From the NCBI GenBank assembly GCA_977017645.1, contig OZ360220.1, positions 137,082,001 through 137,146,000 on the forward strand: DNA of 64,000 nucleotides, given 5' to 3'. This document shows positions 36,375 through 48,262 of this stretch, one piece after another. Position 1 is the first letter of the stretch. Each line of letters opens with the position of its first letter. The position numbers and the translations under genes were made by a program. Below the pieces are notes generated by a model. It made no database searches. It was given only the letters and a program-made list of their open reading frames with translations, and had not been told where the DNA came from. The stretch comes from Torpedo marmorata. Lineage: Eukaryota.

Positions 36375-39300
36375 TGATGCACCATCAATAACTCCAAAGA
36401 CTAGAAGTTAGACAGGAACTGATAGGCTTTTATTCACATTGGAATGGATGTGCAGTCCTGGTGGTCGTCTAAGCTGGAATGGGGAGGGAGCTGTGGCACA
36501 ATAGCCTTTATTCAGGGGTCTGTGGGAGGAGCCACAGGTTCAGCCAGTAAGGGGCATGTCCAGACGACCATAAGCATATATACATGTATTTACAGTGGTT
36601 TACCACATTCACCCCTCCATTTAAAAAGAGTCCTGCGGGGTGAAGTGAATTAAAGTTCTCACAGATTCAGTCTTTCAGTGGTCTGGTCTGCCGCTGCGAC
36701 CGTCGTAGTACTGGCTGCGGCGCAGCTGTTGCATCCAGTCCTGAGTGGACCACCTGTGTGTTGTTGTCGGCTCTGTCTTGGTGGATGCATGGCGGCGAAG
36801 TATCTGGCAAGTCATCCCCCGGAGCTGGGGTCACTTGCCGAGGTAAGGGTGCATCGTGGGTGGCGGTGGGTGGGGGGGCAGGTCGGTCATTGGTGGTGTC
36901 AGGGACTCTTGAAGGTGCCAGGTCCCGAACGGAGACCATGTCCTCCCGCCCATCAGGATACGTCACGTAGGCGTATTGGGGGTTGGCGTGGAGGAGATGG
37001 ACCCTTTCGACCAGTGGGTCCTGCTTATGGCTCCTCGCGTGCCCCCGGAGTAGGACTGGCCCTGAGGACATCAGCCAGGATGGCAGCGTGGTCCCTGAAG
37101 CGGACTTCCTAGGGAAGGAAAACCTTCTCTCATGTGGAGTGGCATTGGTGGCTGTGCACAAGAGTGATCTGATGGAATGGAGTGCCTTGGGGAGTATCTC
37201 TTGCCAGCAGGAGACTGGAAGACCTCTTGACCTTAGGGCTAGGAGGGTGGCCTTCCAAACGGTGGCATTCTCCCTCTCCACCTGCCCATTCCCTTGGGGA
37301 TTATAACTGGTGGTCCTACTCGTGGCGATGCCTCTGGCCAGCAGGTACTGACGCAGCTCCTCACTCATAAAAGAGGACCCCCGGTTGCTATGGATATAGC
37401 AGGGGTACCCGAAGAGGGTGAAAAGGTTGCGTAGGACCTTGATGACTATGGTCATGTCCGGGCAGGAGATGGCGAACGGGAAACGTGAGTATTCATCAAT
37501 AATGTTGAGGAAGTACATGTTGCGGTCAGAGGAGGGGAGTGGTCCCTTGAAGTCAACGCTCAGGCGTTCAAAGGGGTGGGTGGCTTTTATCAGGTGCGCT
37601 CTGTCTGGTCGGTAGAAGTGTGATTTGCACTCTGCACAGATCTGGCAGTTCCTGGTCATGGTCCTGACTTCCTCGATGGAATAGGGTAGATTGTGGGCTT
37701 TTATAAAATGGAAGAATCTGGTGACCCCGGGGTGGCAGAGGTCGCTGTGGAGGGCTTGTAGGCGGTCTATTTGTGTGCTGGCTCATGTTCCGCGGGAAAG
37801 GGCATCTGGGGGCTCATTGAATTTACCGGGCCGGTACAAGATATCGTAATTGTAGGTGGAAAGTTCAATTCTACACCTCAGAATCTTGTCGTTCTTAATT
37901 TTACCTCGCTGTTGGTTATTAAACATAAACACAACTGAACGTTGGTCAGTTAGCAAGGAAAACCATTTTCCAGCGAGGTAGTGCCTCCAGTGCCACACCG
38001 CCTCAACAATGGCTTGGGCCCCTTTCTCGACAGAGGAGTGTTGGATTTCTGGGCCCTGGAGGGTGCGAGAAAAGAAAGCTACGGGTCTGCCCGCTTGGTT
38101 GAGGGTGGCGGCCAGGGCGAAATCAGACACATCGCTCTCCACCTGGAACAGGGTGGATTCGTCCACAGTGTGCATCGTGGCCTTTGCGATGTCCGCTTTG
38201 ATGCGGCTGAAGGCCGCACGGGCCTCTGACGTCAGGAGAAAAGAGGTGGATTTGACGAGGGGGCGGGCCTTGTCTGCATAATTGGGGGACCCACTGGGCA
38301 TAATAGGAAAAGAAGCCCAGGCACCTTTTCAGGGCTTTGAGGCTGTGGGGAAGTGGGAGTTCCAACAGGGGGTGCATGAGGTCTGGGTCTGGGCCAATCA
38401 CTCCATCTTGTATGACACTGCCAAGGATGGCCAGGCGTGTTGTGCCAAATACGCATTTATCCCTTTTATAAGTAAGGTTAAGGAGCTTGGCGGTCTGAAG
38501 GAATTTTTGGAGGTTGGCTTCATGACCCTGTAGGTCATGGCCGCAAATGGTGATATTATCCAGTTACGGGAATGTGGCCTGCAGCCCGTACTGGTCGACC
38601 ATGCGGTCCATCTCCCGCTGGAAGACCGAGACCCCGTTGGTGACACCAAAGGGGACCCTCAGGAAATGATAGAGGCGGCCAGCTGCCTCAAAGGCAGTGT
38701 ATTGGCTGTCCTCCGGTCGGATGGGGAGTTGGTGGTATGCCGACTTTAAGTCGATGGTGGCGAATACCCGGTATTGGGCGATCTGATTCACCATGTTGGC
38801 TATGCGGGGGAGGGGGTACGCATCCAGCTGCATATATCTGTTGATGGTCTGACTATAATCGATGACCATCCTGTTCTTTTCCCCATTTCTTACCACTACC
38901 ACTTGGGCTCTCCAGGGGCTAGTGCTGGCTTCGATGATCCCCTCCTTCAACAGCCGTTGCACTTCCGACCTGATAAAGGCCCTGTCCCCGGCACTATATC
39001 GCCTACTTTTGGTGGCCACGGGTTTGCAATCGGGGGTACAATTAGCGAACAACGGTGGGGGGGGCGATCCGGAGGGTAGAAAGGCCGCAGGTCATGGGCG
39101 GTAGGCGAGTCGCTGGCTGGACGCAATGGGAGGGGGACCCAGGGAGCTTCTGTGGGTGACTTGCGATGGGCGGTTCACAAACTGCGGATTACAGACGGTA
39201 AGAGGGGGGTGGGGCCCATCGTACTCCAAAGTCACGCTTTTAAGGTGACATTGGAAGTCTAGCCCCAGCAACACGTCCGCGCAGAGCTGTGTCATGACTA

Positions 39301-40778
39301 ATAACTTCAAGTGTTTACATTCTGTGCCCAGTACAGTCAGGGTCACTATGCAGTACCCGCGGATCTCTGCTGTGTGAGACTTGGAAGCCATGGAGACTTA
39401 GTGGCTTACCAGTGTTACCGCGAGTCGGTAACGCTGTACCGTGTCGGGGTGAATAAAGCTCTCCGTGCTCCCACTGTCGAAAAGGCAGCTCGTCCTGTGG
39501 CCATCCACCTCAATGTCCATCATTGATCTTGCCAGTTGATGGGGACTCCCTTGATCGAGAGTGATGGAGGCCAGTACGGTGTCGCTGTCGGATTCGCACG
39601 CGGCGCTGCTGGGTGGGGAAGATGGCGTCGTCCAAGATGGCGGCCCCCATGGTTCGCATGTGGCGCTGCTGGATTGGGAAGATGACGTCGTCCTAGATGG
39701 CGGCGCCCTCTGCTCGCAAGCGGCGCTGCTGGATCTAGCGGGCGGTTGGGACTTACAGACTTTCGCATAGTGCTCCTTCTTCCTGCAGTTAATGCAGAAC
39801 GCGTCTTTCGCAGGGCAGCGTTTCCGTGGGTGCTTATCCGATCCACAGAGGTAGCACTTCGGCTGGTTGCGGGTCATAGCAGCCGTGGTCGAGTCGGTAA
39901 TGGAACGTGGCGGTGTTCCAAAGGCTTGCGACCCTCCCGCGTCCCAAGACGGCGGCGCCTGCTGCAACCACGGTGTGGCCGCGCTATCGGCCGAGTACGC
40001 GTCCATGTTTTGGAGGGCCACTTCTAATGTGTCCGCTAGGTGCACAGCCTTCCGCAAATCGAGCTCACCTTGCTCCAAAAGTTTCTGCCTTATGTAGTTA
40101 GATCGGATACCGGCAACATAGGCATCCCTTATGAGGTCCTCAGTGTACGTCGCGGCCGTATCGGCTGCGCAGTTGCAGGCCCGTTCGAGGGTTCGCAGGG
40201 CTAATAGGTATTCATCACTCGATTCCCTAGGTCGCTGTTTTCGGGTAGCTAGGAGATGTCTTGCGTAGACTTGGTTTACCTTCTTCAGGTACTGGCCTTT
40301 TAGCGTCTCCATAGCCTCCTGGTAGGATTCAGCGTCCCTGATCATCAAGTACACCCGGAGCCCGACCCGGGAATGTAGTAGTTGTAGTTTGTCGTCTTCC
40401 GATTGGACGACAGCAGCGGAGGCCCTCAAGAATGCCTCTAAACAACGCAGCCAGTGTTCGAAACAGTTGGATGCCTCAGGTGATCGAGGGTCTAGCTCTA
40501 ACTTTTCTGGTTTCAGGTACTTATCCATTATTGAAAACAATGTGAATAAAATTGATGCACCATCAATAACTCCAAAGACTAGAAGTTAGACAGGAACTGA
40601 TAGACTTTTATTCACATTGGAATGGATGTGCAGTCCTGGTGGTCGTCTGAGCTGGAATGGGGAGGGAGATGTGGCACAATAGCCTTTATTCTGTGGGAGG
40701 AGCCACAGGTACAGCCAGTAAGGGGCGTGTCCAGACAACCATAAGCATATATACATGTATTTACAGTGGTTTACCGCA
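36375..40778 (-). mobile_element. Ty3/Gypsy LTR retrotransposon copy A (4404 bp), full length, decayed ORF
   Basis: LTRs 40553-40778 (5') and 36375-36607 (3'); TSD CCATT; gag from ATG 40528 with two CCHC knuckles, protease DSG, RT, RNase H, integrase (HHCC, D-D-E type); PPT at 36608-36618. Confidence 0.95.
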
Positions 40779-41200
40779 CCATTAAACGAAGGAGAATTAA
40801 AATGGTCTGCTACATCCCAATGTAGGAGAATTCATCAGTTATAACAATTGTTGTGTGATTGGTCAAAATTGCTGTGCCCCAGCAAACTGCCTTCCAGCAC
40901 TTGAAAATTGAATATTGTATGTGTGGAGTATCACTTCTTCTGAATTTAAATACATTTGCAGACTTATGTTTTTAAAAAAAATTGAATTGTTATGCTTTTA
41001 TTTTTTTCTATTGTACCTTTACATTCTCTCTTTAAGTTCCACATTTCATTCCCTTTACTTCACTTTATGGCTCAAATAAAATTTATTTAAACTTAAGATT
41101 TGATGTTGTCCATATTTGTAAAACAATGATGTGAAACCATGATCTACTTCCAGCTACGTATGTGAACAGAAACTCCTGCACACTTTAAATTATACCAGTA

Positions 41201-44200
41201 ATAGAACCGTAGAACACTACAGCACAGAAACAGGCCCCTTTGGCCCTAGTCCCACTGACCTGCACCCAGTCCATAGCCCTCCATATCTCTCCCATCGATG
41301 TACCTGTCCAAATTCTTCTTAAATGTTAAAATTGAGCCCGCATTCACCACCTCAGCTCGTTCCACACTCCCACCACTCTCTGTGTGAAGAAGTTCCCCCT
41401 CAATAAAGGTCGATACAAAATTGACTAATTTATATAAATTAAATTATGTACCATTATTTGTGAAAATAAAGAAAGATTTAGAAAATTGGAAAGATTTACC
41501 TATAACTTTAATGGGAAGAGTAAACTATTAAAATGAATGTTTTTCCAAGAATTCAATATCTTTTTCAATCAATTCCTTATGTAATTCCTCAAATTTTTTT
41601 TTAAAGATTTAAACTCAATTATTAGAAAATTTTTATGGAAAGGAAAGTTAGCAAGAGTAGGTATGGAAAAATTAACTTGGAATTATGAAATGGGTGGTTT
41701 ACAACTTCCTAATTTCCAAAATTATTATAAAGCAGCTCAATTAAAATTTGTTAATGAATTTTTTGATTTAACTAAATCTTCTGCTTGGATTAAAATAGAA
41801 TTAAACAATATAGGAGAAGATTCCAAAGAAGAAATTATTTATAAATGGGATTCTAAATTAATATCAACAAAAAAGAAAAATTCGCCTATTTTTAAACATT
41901 TGTTAGAAATATGGAATAAGACGGATAAGGAAATAGGAGCAAAAGGATTGATTTCTTCAAGGATGCCTTTATATCAAAATGGACTTATTCCATTTACTAT
42001 TAATAATCAATTATTTAAAATTTGGTTTCAAAAAGGAATTAAGAAGATTAATGATTGTTTTGAAGCTGGAAAATTTATTACCTTTCAAAGAATGAAAGAT
42101 AAATTTAATATATTAGATAATACACTTTTTGCTTATTATCAAATTAGAGCTTTTTTGATTGAGAAATTAGGTTATGCTTTGATTTTGCCAAGACAAAATG
42201 AATTAGAATTATTAGTTACTAAAGGCGATGTTAATAAATTTATTTCTCAAATGTATAAATTGTTTCAGAGGAAAATGCCTAAAGTAGGAATGCATAAATC
42301 AAGATTAAAATGGGAATTAGATTTGAATGTAAGAATAGATGAAAATCATTGGAAAGAATTATCTAAATTAAGTATGACGAAGATTATTAATGTTAGATAT
42401 AGATTAGTTCAATACAATTTTTTTCATCAATTATATTTAACACCTAAAAAATTAAAGAAATTTAATCCAACATTATCAGGTTTATGTTTCAGATGTAATA
42501 AAGAAGAGGGATCTTTTGTACATTCTACATGGTTTTGTCCAAAAGTTTATGATTTTTAGTTGAAAGTTAAAAGTTTTTTAGATAAAGTATTTAAGATTAC
42601 ATTTCCAATGGATCCTATGATATTTTTGTTTGGAGATATTAGAAAATTTAGTATTAAGATGAAACTAAATATGTATCAGATAGAATTTTTGCGAATTGCT
42701 TTAGCTGTTTCAAAGAAGTGCATTGCTATTACTTGGAAATCTGATTTAGATTTAGGATTAGAAAGATGGCATGCAGAACTTCGTTCATGTATACCACTTG
42801 AAAAAATTACTTATAATTTACATAATAAATATCATTTTTTCTTAAAAATTTGGAGCCCATATATGAGAGCTGTTGGCTTAAGAATTTGAGGATCTCTGGG
42901 TATTGGGTCTACTGGCATACTTGACCTCCATAATAGAAGTAGTTTATAGATTGGCATTCCCCTAACTCTATTTTTCTCTTTCTTCTTTTTCTATTTTTAT
43001 TTTATATTTTTATTAGATTAGTGGGGTTGGGAGGGTTGGGGAGGGGAGGGGTGAAAATGTATCACAAATAATTTCATAACTGTATATTTTATTTTATGTA
43101 TTTTGTGATTTAAAAATTTTAAATAAAATATTTAATTTAAAAAAAAAGTTCCCCCTCATGTTCCCCCTAAACTTTTCCCCTTTCACTCTTAACCCATGTC
43201 TTCTGGTTTGTATCTCACCTACCCTCAGTGTAAAAAGCCCATCTACATTTACTCTGTCTATCCCCCTCATAATTTTAAATACCTCTATCAAATCTCCCCT
43301 CATTCTTCTACACTCCAGGGAATAAAGTCCTAAACTGTTTAACCTGTAACTCAGTTCCTAAAGTCCGGGCAACATTCTAGTAAATTTTCTCTGCACTCTT
43401 TCTATCTTATTGATATCTTTCCTGTAGTTAGGTGACCAAAACTGCACACAATACTCCAAATTTGGCCTCACCCATGTCTTATACAACTTTAACATAACAT
43501 CCCAACTCCTGTACCTAATACTTTGAATTATGATGGCCAATATGCCAAAAGCTCTCTTTACAACCTTATCCACCTGTGACGCCACTTTCATTGAATTATG
43601 TATCTGTATTCCCAGGTTCCTCTGTTCTACCACACTCCTCAGTGCACTACCGTTCACCGTGTATGTCCTTTCTTGGTTTGTCCTTCCAAAATGCAACACC
43701 TCACATTTGTCTGCATTAAATTCCATCTGCTATTTTTCAGCCCATTTTTCCAGCTGGTCCAGATCTCTCTGCAAGTTTTGAAAACCTTCTTCGCTGCCCA
43801 CAATGCCTCCAATCTTAGTGTCATCTACAAACTTGCTGATCCAATTTACCACATTATCATCCAGATCATTGATATAGATGACAAACAACAATGGTCCCAG
43901 CACTGATCCCTGAGGCACACCACTAGTCACAGGCCTCCAGTCTGAGAAGCCATCATCCACCACTACTCTCCAGCTTCTCCCGTCCAGCCATTGTCGAATC
44001 CAGTTCACTACTTCACCATGAATACCTAGCGCCTGAACCTTCCTGACTAGCCTCCCATGTGGGACCTTGTCAAAGGCCTTACTAAAGTCCAAGTAGACAA
44101 CATCCACAGCCTTTCCTTTGTCAACTTTCCTAGTAATCTCCTCGAAAAACTACAAGATTGGTTAAACACGACCTACCACACACAAAGCCATGTTGACTAT

Positions 44201-44415
44201 CCCTAATCATTTTCTGGCTATCCAAATAATTGTATATCCGATCTCTTAGAACACTTTCCAATAATTTACCTACTACTGACGTCAGGCTCACCGGCCTATA
44301 ATTTCCAGGGTTACTTTTGGAGCCTTTTTTAAACAACGGAACAACATGAGCTACCCTCCAATCCTCCGGCACCACACCCATGGCTAAGGACATTTTAAAT
44401 ATTTCTGCCAGAGCC
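41201..44415 (-). mobile_element. CR1 LINE (RT and 3' end), split by a nested L1
   Basis: ORFs 44130..44480, 43730..44107 (LDFSKAFD, GVPQGSVLGP, FVDD) and 43358..43726; 3' end resumes at 41402-41201. Confidence 0.9.
41403..43145 (+). mobile_element. 5'-truncated L1 nested in CR1, 13-bp TSD
   Basis: ORFs 41663..42559 and 42560..42889; TSD AAGTTCCCCCTCA at 41390-41402 and 43146-43158. Confidence 0.92.
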
Positions 44416-44709
44416 GAATAAAGGGAGATAGTTACTACAAATCTTATGTTGGCTAAATTTGATGCACAATATGAAAGCAATATGTGATTTACTGCTGCTC
44501 AGAGCCATAAAGATGGTCAACGAGCTCTTGGTCATAGATCTAGAATTTGTTGTGTTGCTGACTCAATAAGATACACCACCCCAAATCCACTTTAAGTGAA
44601 AATAATGACAATATTTAAACACACTGGCTTGAGACAATCAAAAGAAAAAGAACAGTTGCACTTTAGAACAAATATGGAATTTTCTCCAATGTTTTATTTT
44701 CTCACGCAC

Positions 44710-44758
44710 CTGAATTCCCCAGAGTGGTAGACTTCTATTTACCCAAAGGATAGGCGCC
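44710..44758 (-). CDS. KCNT1: KCNT1 exon (~6): (W)APILWVNRSLPLWGIQ
   Basis: 49 nt, cag|/|gtgcgt, phase-compatible. Confidence 0.9.
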
Positions 44759-45194
44759 CTGCAGGTATGAAAAAGCAAGCATTGAAGCCAATTAGTCCTT
44801 TCAAATAATAGTCAATACCAACCTTTCACTTATTCCAATCAGTGAAGTTGTACATTCACCACTATTGAAAATGCACAAGTACAGAATTGAGCATTATAGT
44901 CATGATACCCATTTAAACTATTCCCATCTGCCTGCTCCTGGTCTTTATCACTCCAGCCTCTGCTTGTTCATTTGCATATCTAAATGTCTCTTAAATGCTA
45001 TCATCATATCTACCACTACCTTCCCTGGCAATGCGTTCCAGTCACCTTCCAGTCTCTGTATAAATACTTGCCTTGAAAATCTCCTTTAAACTTGCCCCTC
45101 CCACCTTAAATATATGCCCCTCTGGTATTTGACATTTCCACCCTGGGAAGAAGACTGATGATCTCCCTATCTATATCTCCTAATTTTATATACT

Positions 45195-45935
45195 TCCAAT
45201 GGAAACTGGAGAAATCGAAGTCAATGCCATCTGGTTGGATGTTGCCCAAACGGAACATGAGGTGTTGTTCTTCCAATTTGTGGGTGGTCTCATTCTGGTA
45301 GTGCATGAGACCATGGACAGACATGACAGCATGGGAATAGGTATGGGTTGCAACTGGGAGATCCCTGCTATTGCGGCGGACAGAGCGACCAAGTAATCTC
45401 CCAGTCTGCTATCAGTCTCTCCGATGTAGAGGAGGCTACAGCGGGAGTGCCGGATGCAGTAGATGACCCCTGCAGATTCACAAGTGTTGCTTCACTCTTT
45501 GAGGCCCCAAATGGTGGTGAGGGAGGCGTCATGGGCACAAGCGTAAAATCTCTTGCGATCACAGGGGTAGGCTCCAAGGGGGCGATTGGTGGGAAGGGAT
45601 TAGTGGATGAGGAGGGAGGCCTGGAGGGAGCAGTCTTGTAGAAGGTGAAGAGGGGAGGAGAGAGGAAGATGTGTCTGGTGGTGACATCACATAGTAGTTG
45701 GCGGAAATGGTGGAGAATGATACGTTGGATGTGGAGGCTGGTCGGGGGGCAGGCGAGGACAAGGGAATCCTGTCCCCATTGTGCATGGGGGTGAAGGGGG
45801 CCAGGGCAGAAGTGTGGGCAATGAAGGGCATGTAGCTGAGGGCCAAGTTGATGGCAGTAGAGGGGAAGCCACGTTTTTTGAAGAAGGAGAACATCTTGGA
45901 TGATCTCGCATGGAAGTCCTCATCTGGGAGCAGAT
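45195..45935 (-). mobile_element. Penelope-like element fragment (RT C-terminus/GIY-YIG region), preceded by an old CR1 3' piece (~44880-45190)
   Basis: FFKKRGFPST and KLEEQHLMFRLGNIQPDGIDFDFS peptides are typical of vertebrate Penelope elements. Confidence 0.75.
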
Positions 45936-46310
45936 ACGACAGATATAATTCAGACTTAACAAGCCAAAGCTTAAAATGAAAAATAGTTGTTTCTTCTTAC
46001 AAAGTAGTGGGCTGCACAGCAAAAAGGAAGATCTCTTGACAACCCAATGCTGGCTGAACATTAATCAGGCACAGACTTTATTTTGTGAGTGGAAGTGCAT
46101 ATCATGGGGTAGATCTTCCTGATGATTTTTTTTGCCAAAAAGGATTAAATATAACTTTCCTTCCTTTATAATCATACTTTTCTGGTAGCATAAAAGAAAT
46201 AAATGATGCTCTAGGCATCTCTTCATAAAGGTAACAAAACTTTATAATTAGAAATGCATCAATAAAATTTAAAATTATATCACTTCCCTGAATCACAAAG
46301 CATTACTTAC

Positions 46311-46367
46311 CAATTGATTACATTAGATGATGGACTTGAAGAATAATTCTGCTTTGAACATCCCCAA
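46311..46367 (-). CDS. KCNT1: KCNT1 exon (~5), S1-S2 loop: (C)WGCSKQNYSSSPSSNVIN(W)
   Basis: 57 nt, tag|/|gtaagt; the CWGCxKQNYS segment is present in KCNT1 and absent from human KCNT2. Confidence 0.92.
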
Positions 46368-47074
46368 CTAAGAAAATCATAAAGACACAGAGTGCAGCAG
46401 CAGTGAGATTAAAATATTTGTGCAAAACATTATACATTGCCAACTAACCTTGGGTACTGTACAAGCAACTAGCACTGAAAAAAATTAAACGAGGAAAATT
46501 GAAGGTATAAATGGGAAAACTGCTCATAGAAAACTGCTGTCATACTTCCATCTGTGCTCAGAGCTGCTGAGCATTAATAAAATAAAAACTGTGTCTCTGA
46601 AATCTTTAAATAATACAAGAGTGATCACTTTAAATGAAATGTACTCTTTGTTTTAGTGGGAGTTGAGAATGAAGATCGCCAATCATAACTTTTCAATCCT
46701 TTTTCTCCAAGAAATCAATGGACTGTGTGTGCATTGATGAGATCATTGTGTGGGAAATACAATGTGGAGATGACACTGGTTTTGGGGTGAATCATGAGTG
46801 GAAGTGCCGATCCAGATACCCAATGGGCAAGGCCAACAGGAACTGAGCACAGACAATTCAAAAGGTGTCAAAAGCTTTTTATGCTATTTACAATAAATAC
46901 AAAGGGATACAATTTATACCTATACGTCCCACCTATGTTAAAAATAATTGCTTCAAATTCAGAGCCTCCTTTAACAGCATGTTGAAGTTTTTTAACTATA
47001 TAAAATTTTGCTTCATTTATAGGCAGTACAAATTATATATATTCCAAGGCTGTACAAATATATTTATTCTTGTA

Positions 47075-47420
47075 CAGGTTGTACCTCTTTAATCCGGTGA
47101 CGTTGGGACCTGGCCATTGCCGGACCACAGAAAATGCCGGAAAACAGAAATTGACCCCTAAGGGAACCCCCCTATGTAAACATATCAAAGGTAGAACAAA
47201 GCTTAAAACAGGAAATAATACTGTGGGGCGGCACGGTTAGCGTAGCGGTTAGCGCAACGCCTTTACAGCGCCAGCGATCGGGACCGGAGTTCGAGTCCCG
47301 CGCTGTCTGTAAGGAGTTTGTACTAACGGCGGCAGATTCAAACGTGCCGGACACATTAGGCATCAATTACAACTAGAGACTTATGGAGTGAGCACAGTTT
47401 GGACCAAGAGGTGCAGATAC
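47075..47420. mobile_element. Tigger-like MITE remnant with a nested, 3'-truncated HE1 SINE (47226-47322, +)
   Basis: TA|CAGGTTGTACCTCT terminus resembles the Tigger end at 1559; SINE head has clear A and B boxes. Confidence 0.6.
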
Positions 47421-48162
47421 TATCTGTCTTCTTTGGAAGTCAAAAATTCTATCCGAATGTGATATTATTTTAGCATTAAATAATGAAATTAACAGAGGTC
47501 AAGAAGTGGAAGAAGACATGGAAGTCAAGGAGTTGAGGGAAATAAAGGTCAAGGAACAATACCACTGCTCGTGGGAGGAAGATGATGCAGGGTGAAAATT
47601 TAAACAAGTCATTTCAATTCTAAATCTCGATCCAGGAAGTATTGACCACAGTGAAGAGATGTCAGGTTTCGAAGAAAGGAAGTTGTTATAAATATACTTA
47701 CAACCTGCTTACATTTGTAGTTTGATGGGATATAATGAAGTAAGATAGGTAGAGACTCATGTGAAGTGCAATTGTGGGGACACCCTTGGATGCTATAACT
47801 TCTTTGATCTCATGAAATATCTTTTTCGTTGTTTTAAAATGTAGGATCAGTAAATCAATGCTGTAAACAACCGACAGATTACAGACCAAGTTTCATTATG
47901 CAGAGCCTGAAAAATATAGTCTAAAAACCACTGCATACAGGAAATAGCCACAATCCTCTCAACATCACAGCATGAATAATGCCAAAAATATGTGACAGCC
48001 TGTATGTTTTACTAATGTCACATTATTAACTTAGATTGAAACCCCTTATGTAAACATCACCAAAACTGGAGACAAGAAGAAACCCAAGCAATTATTCACT
48101 GCAAATGTTGTAGTAAGGATGTACATGAATTGTGATCTTAGCTGCTTTAATTAGTGTCTTAC

Positions 48163-48262
48163 CAGCCAATTCCTTCTTCAGGATGATCCAACAAAACTCG
48201 CACAATGTATAGAACACACGTGAGCACCTTCAAGGAGAAGTTAAACAGTCGTATTCTTAAAC
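48163..48262 (-). CDS. KCNT1: KCNT1 exon (~4), S1: (S)[32 protein letters not shown]
   Basis: 100 nt, AG/GT boundaries, in phase with neighbouring exons. Confidence 0.95.

Noticed and set aside
47226-47300. tRNA gene
   Set aside because: The A/B boxes belong to the HE1 SINE head and run directly into the V-SINE core
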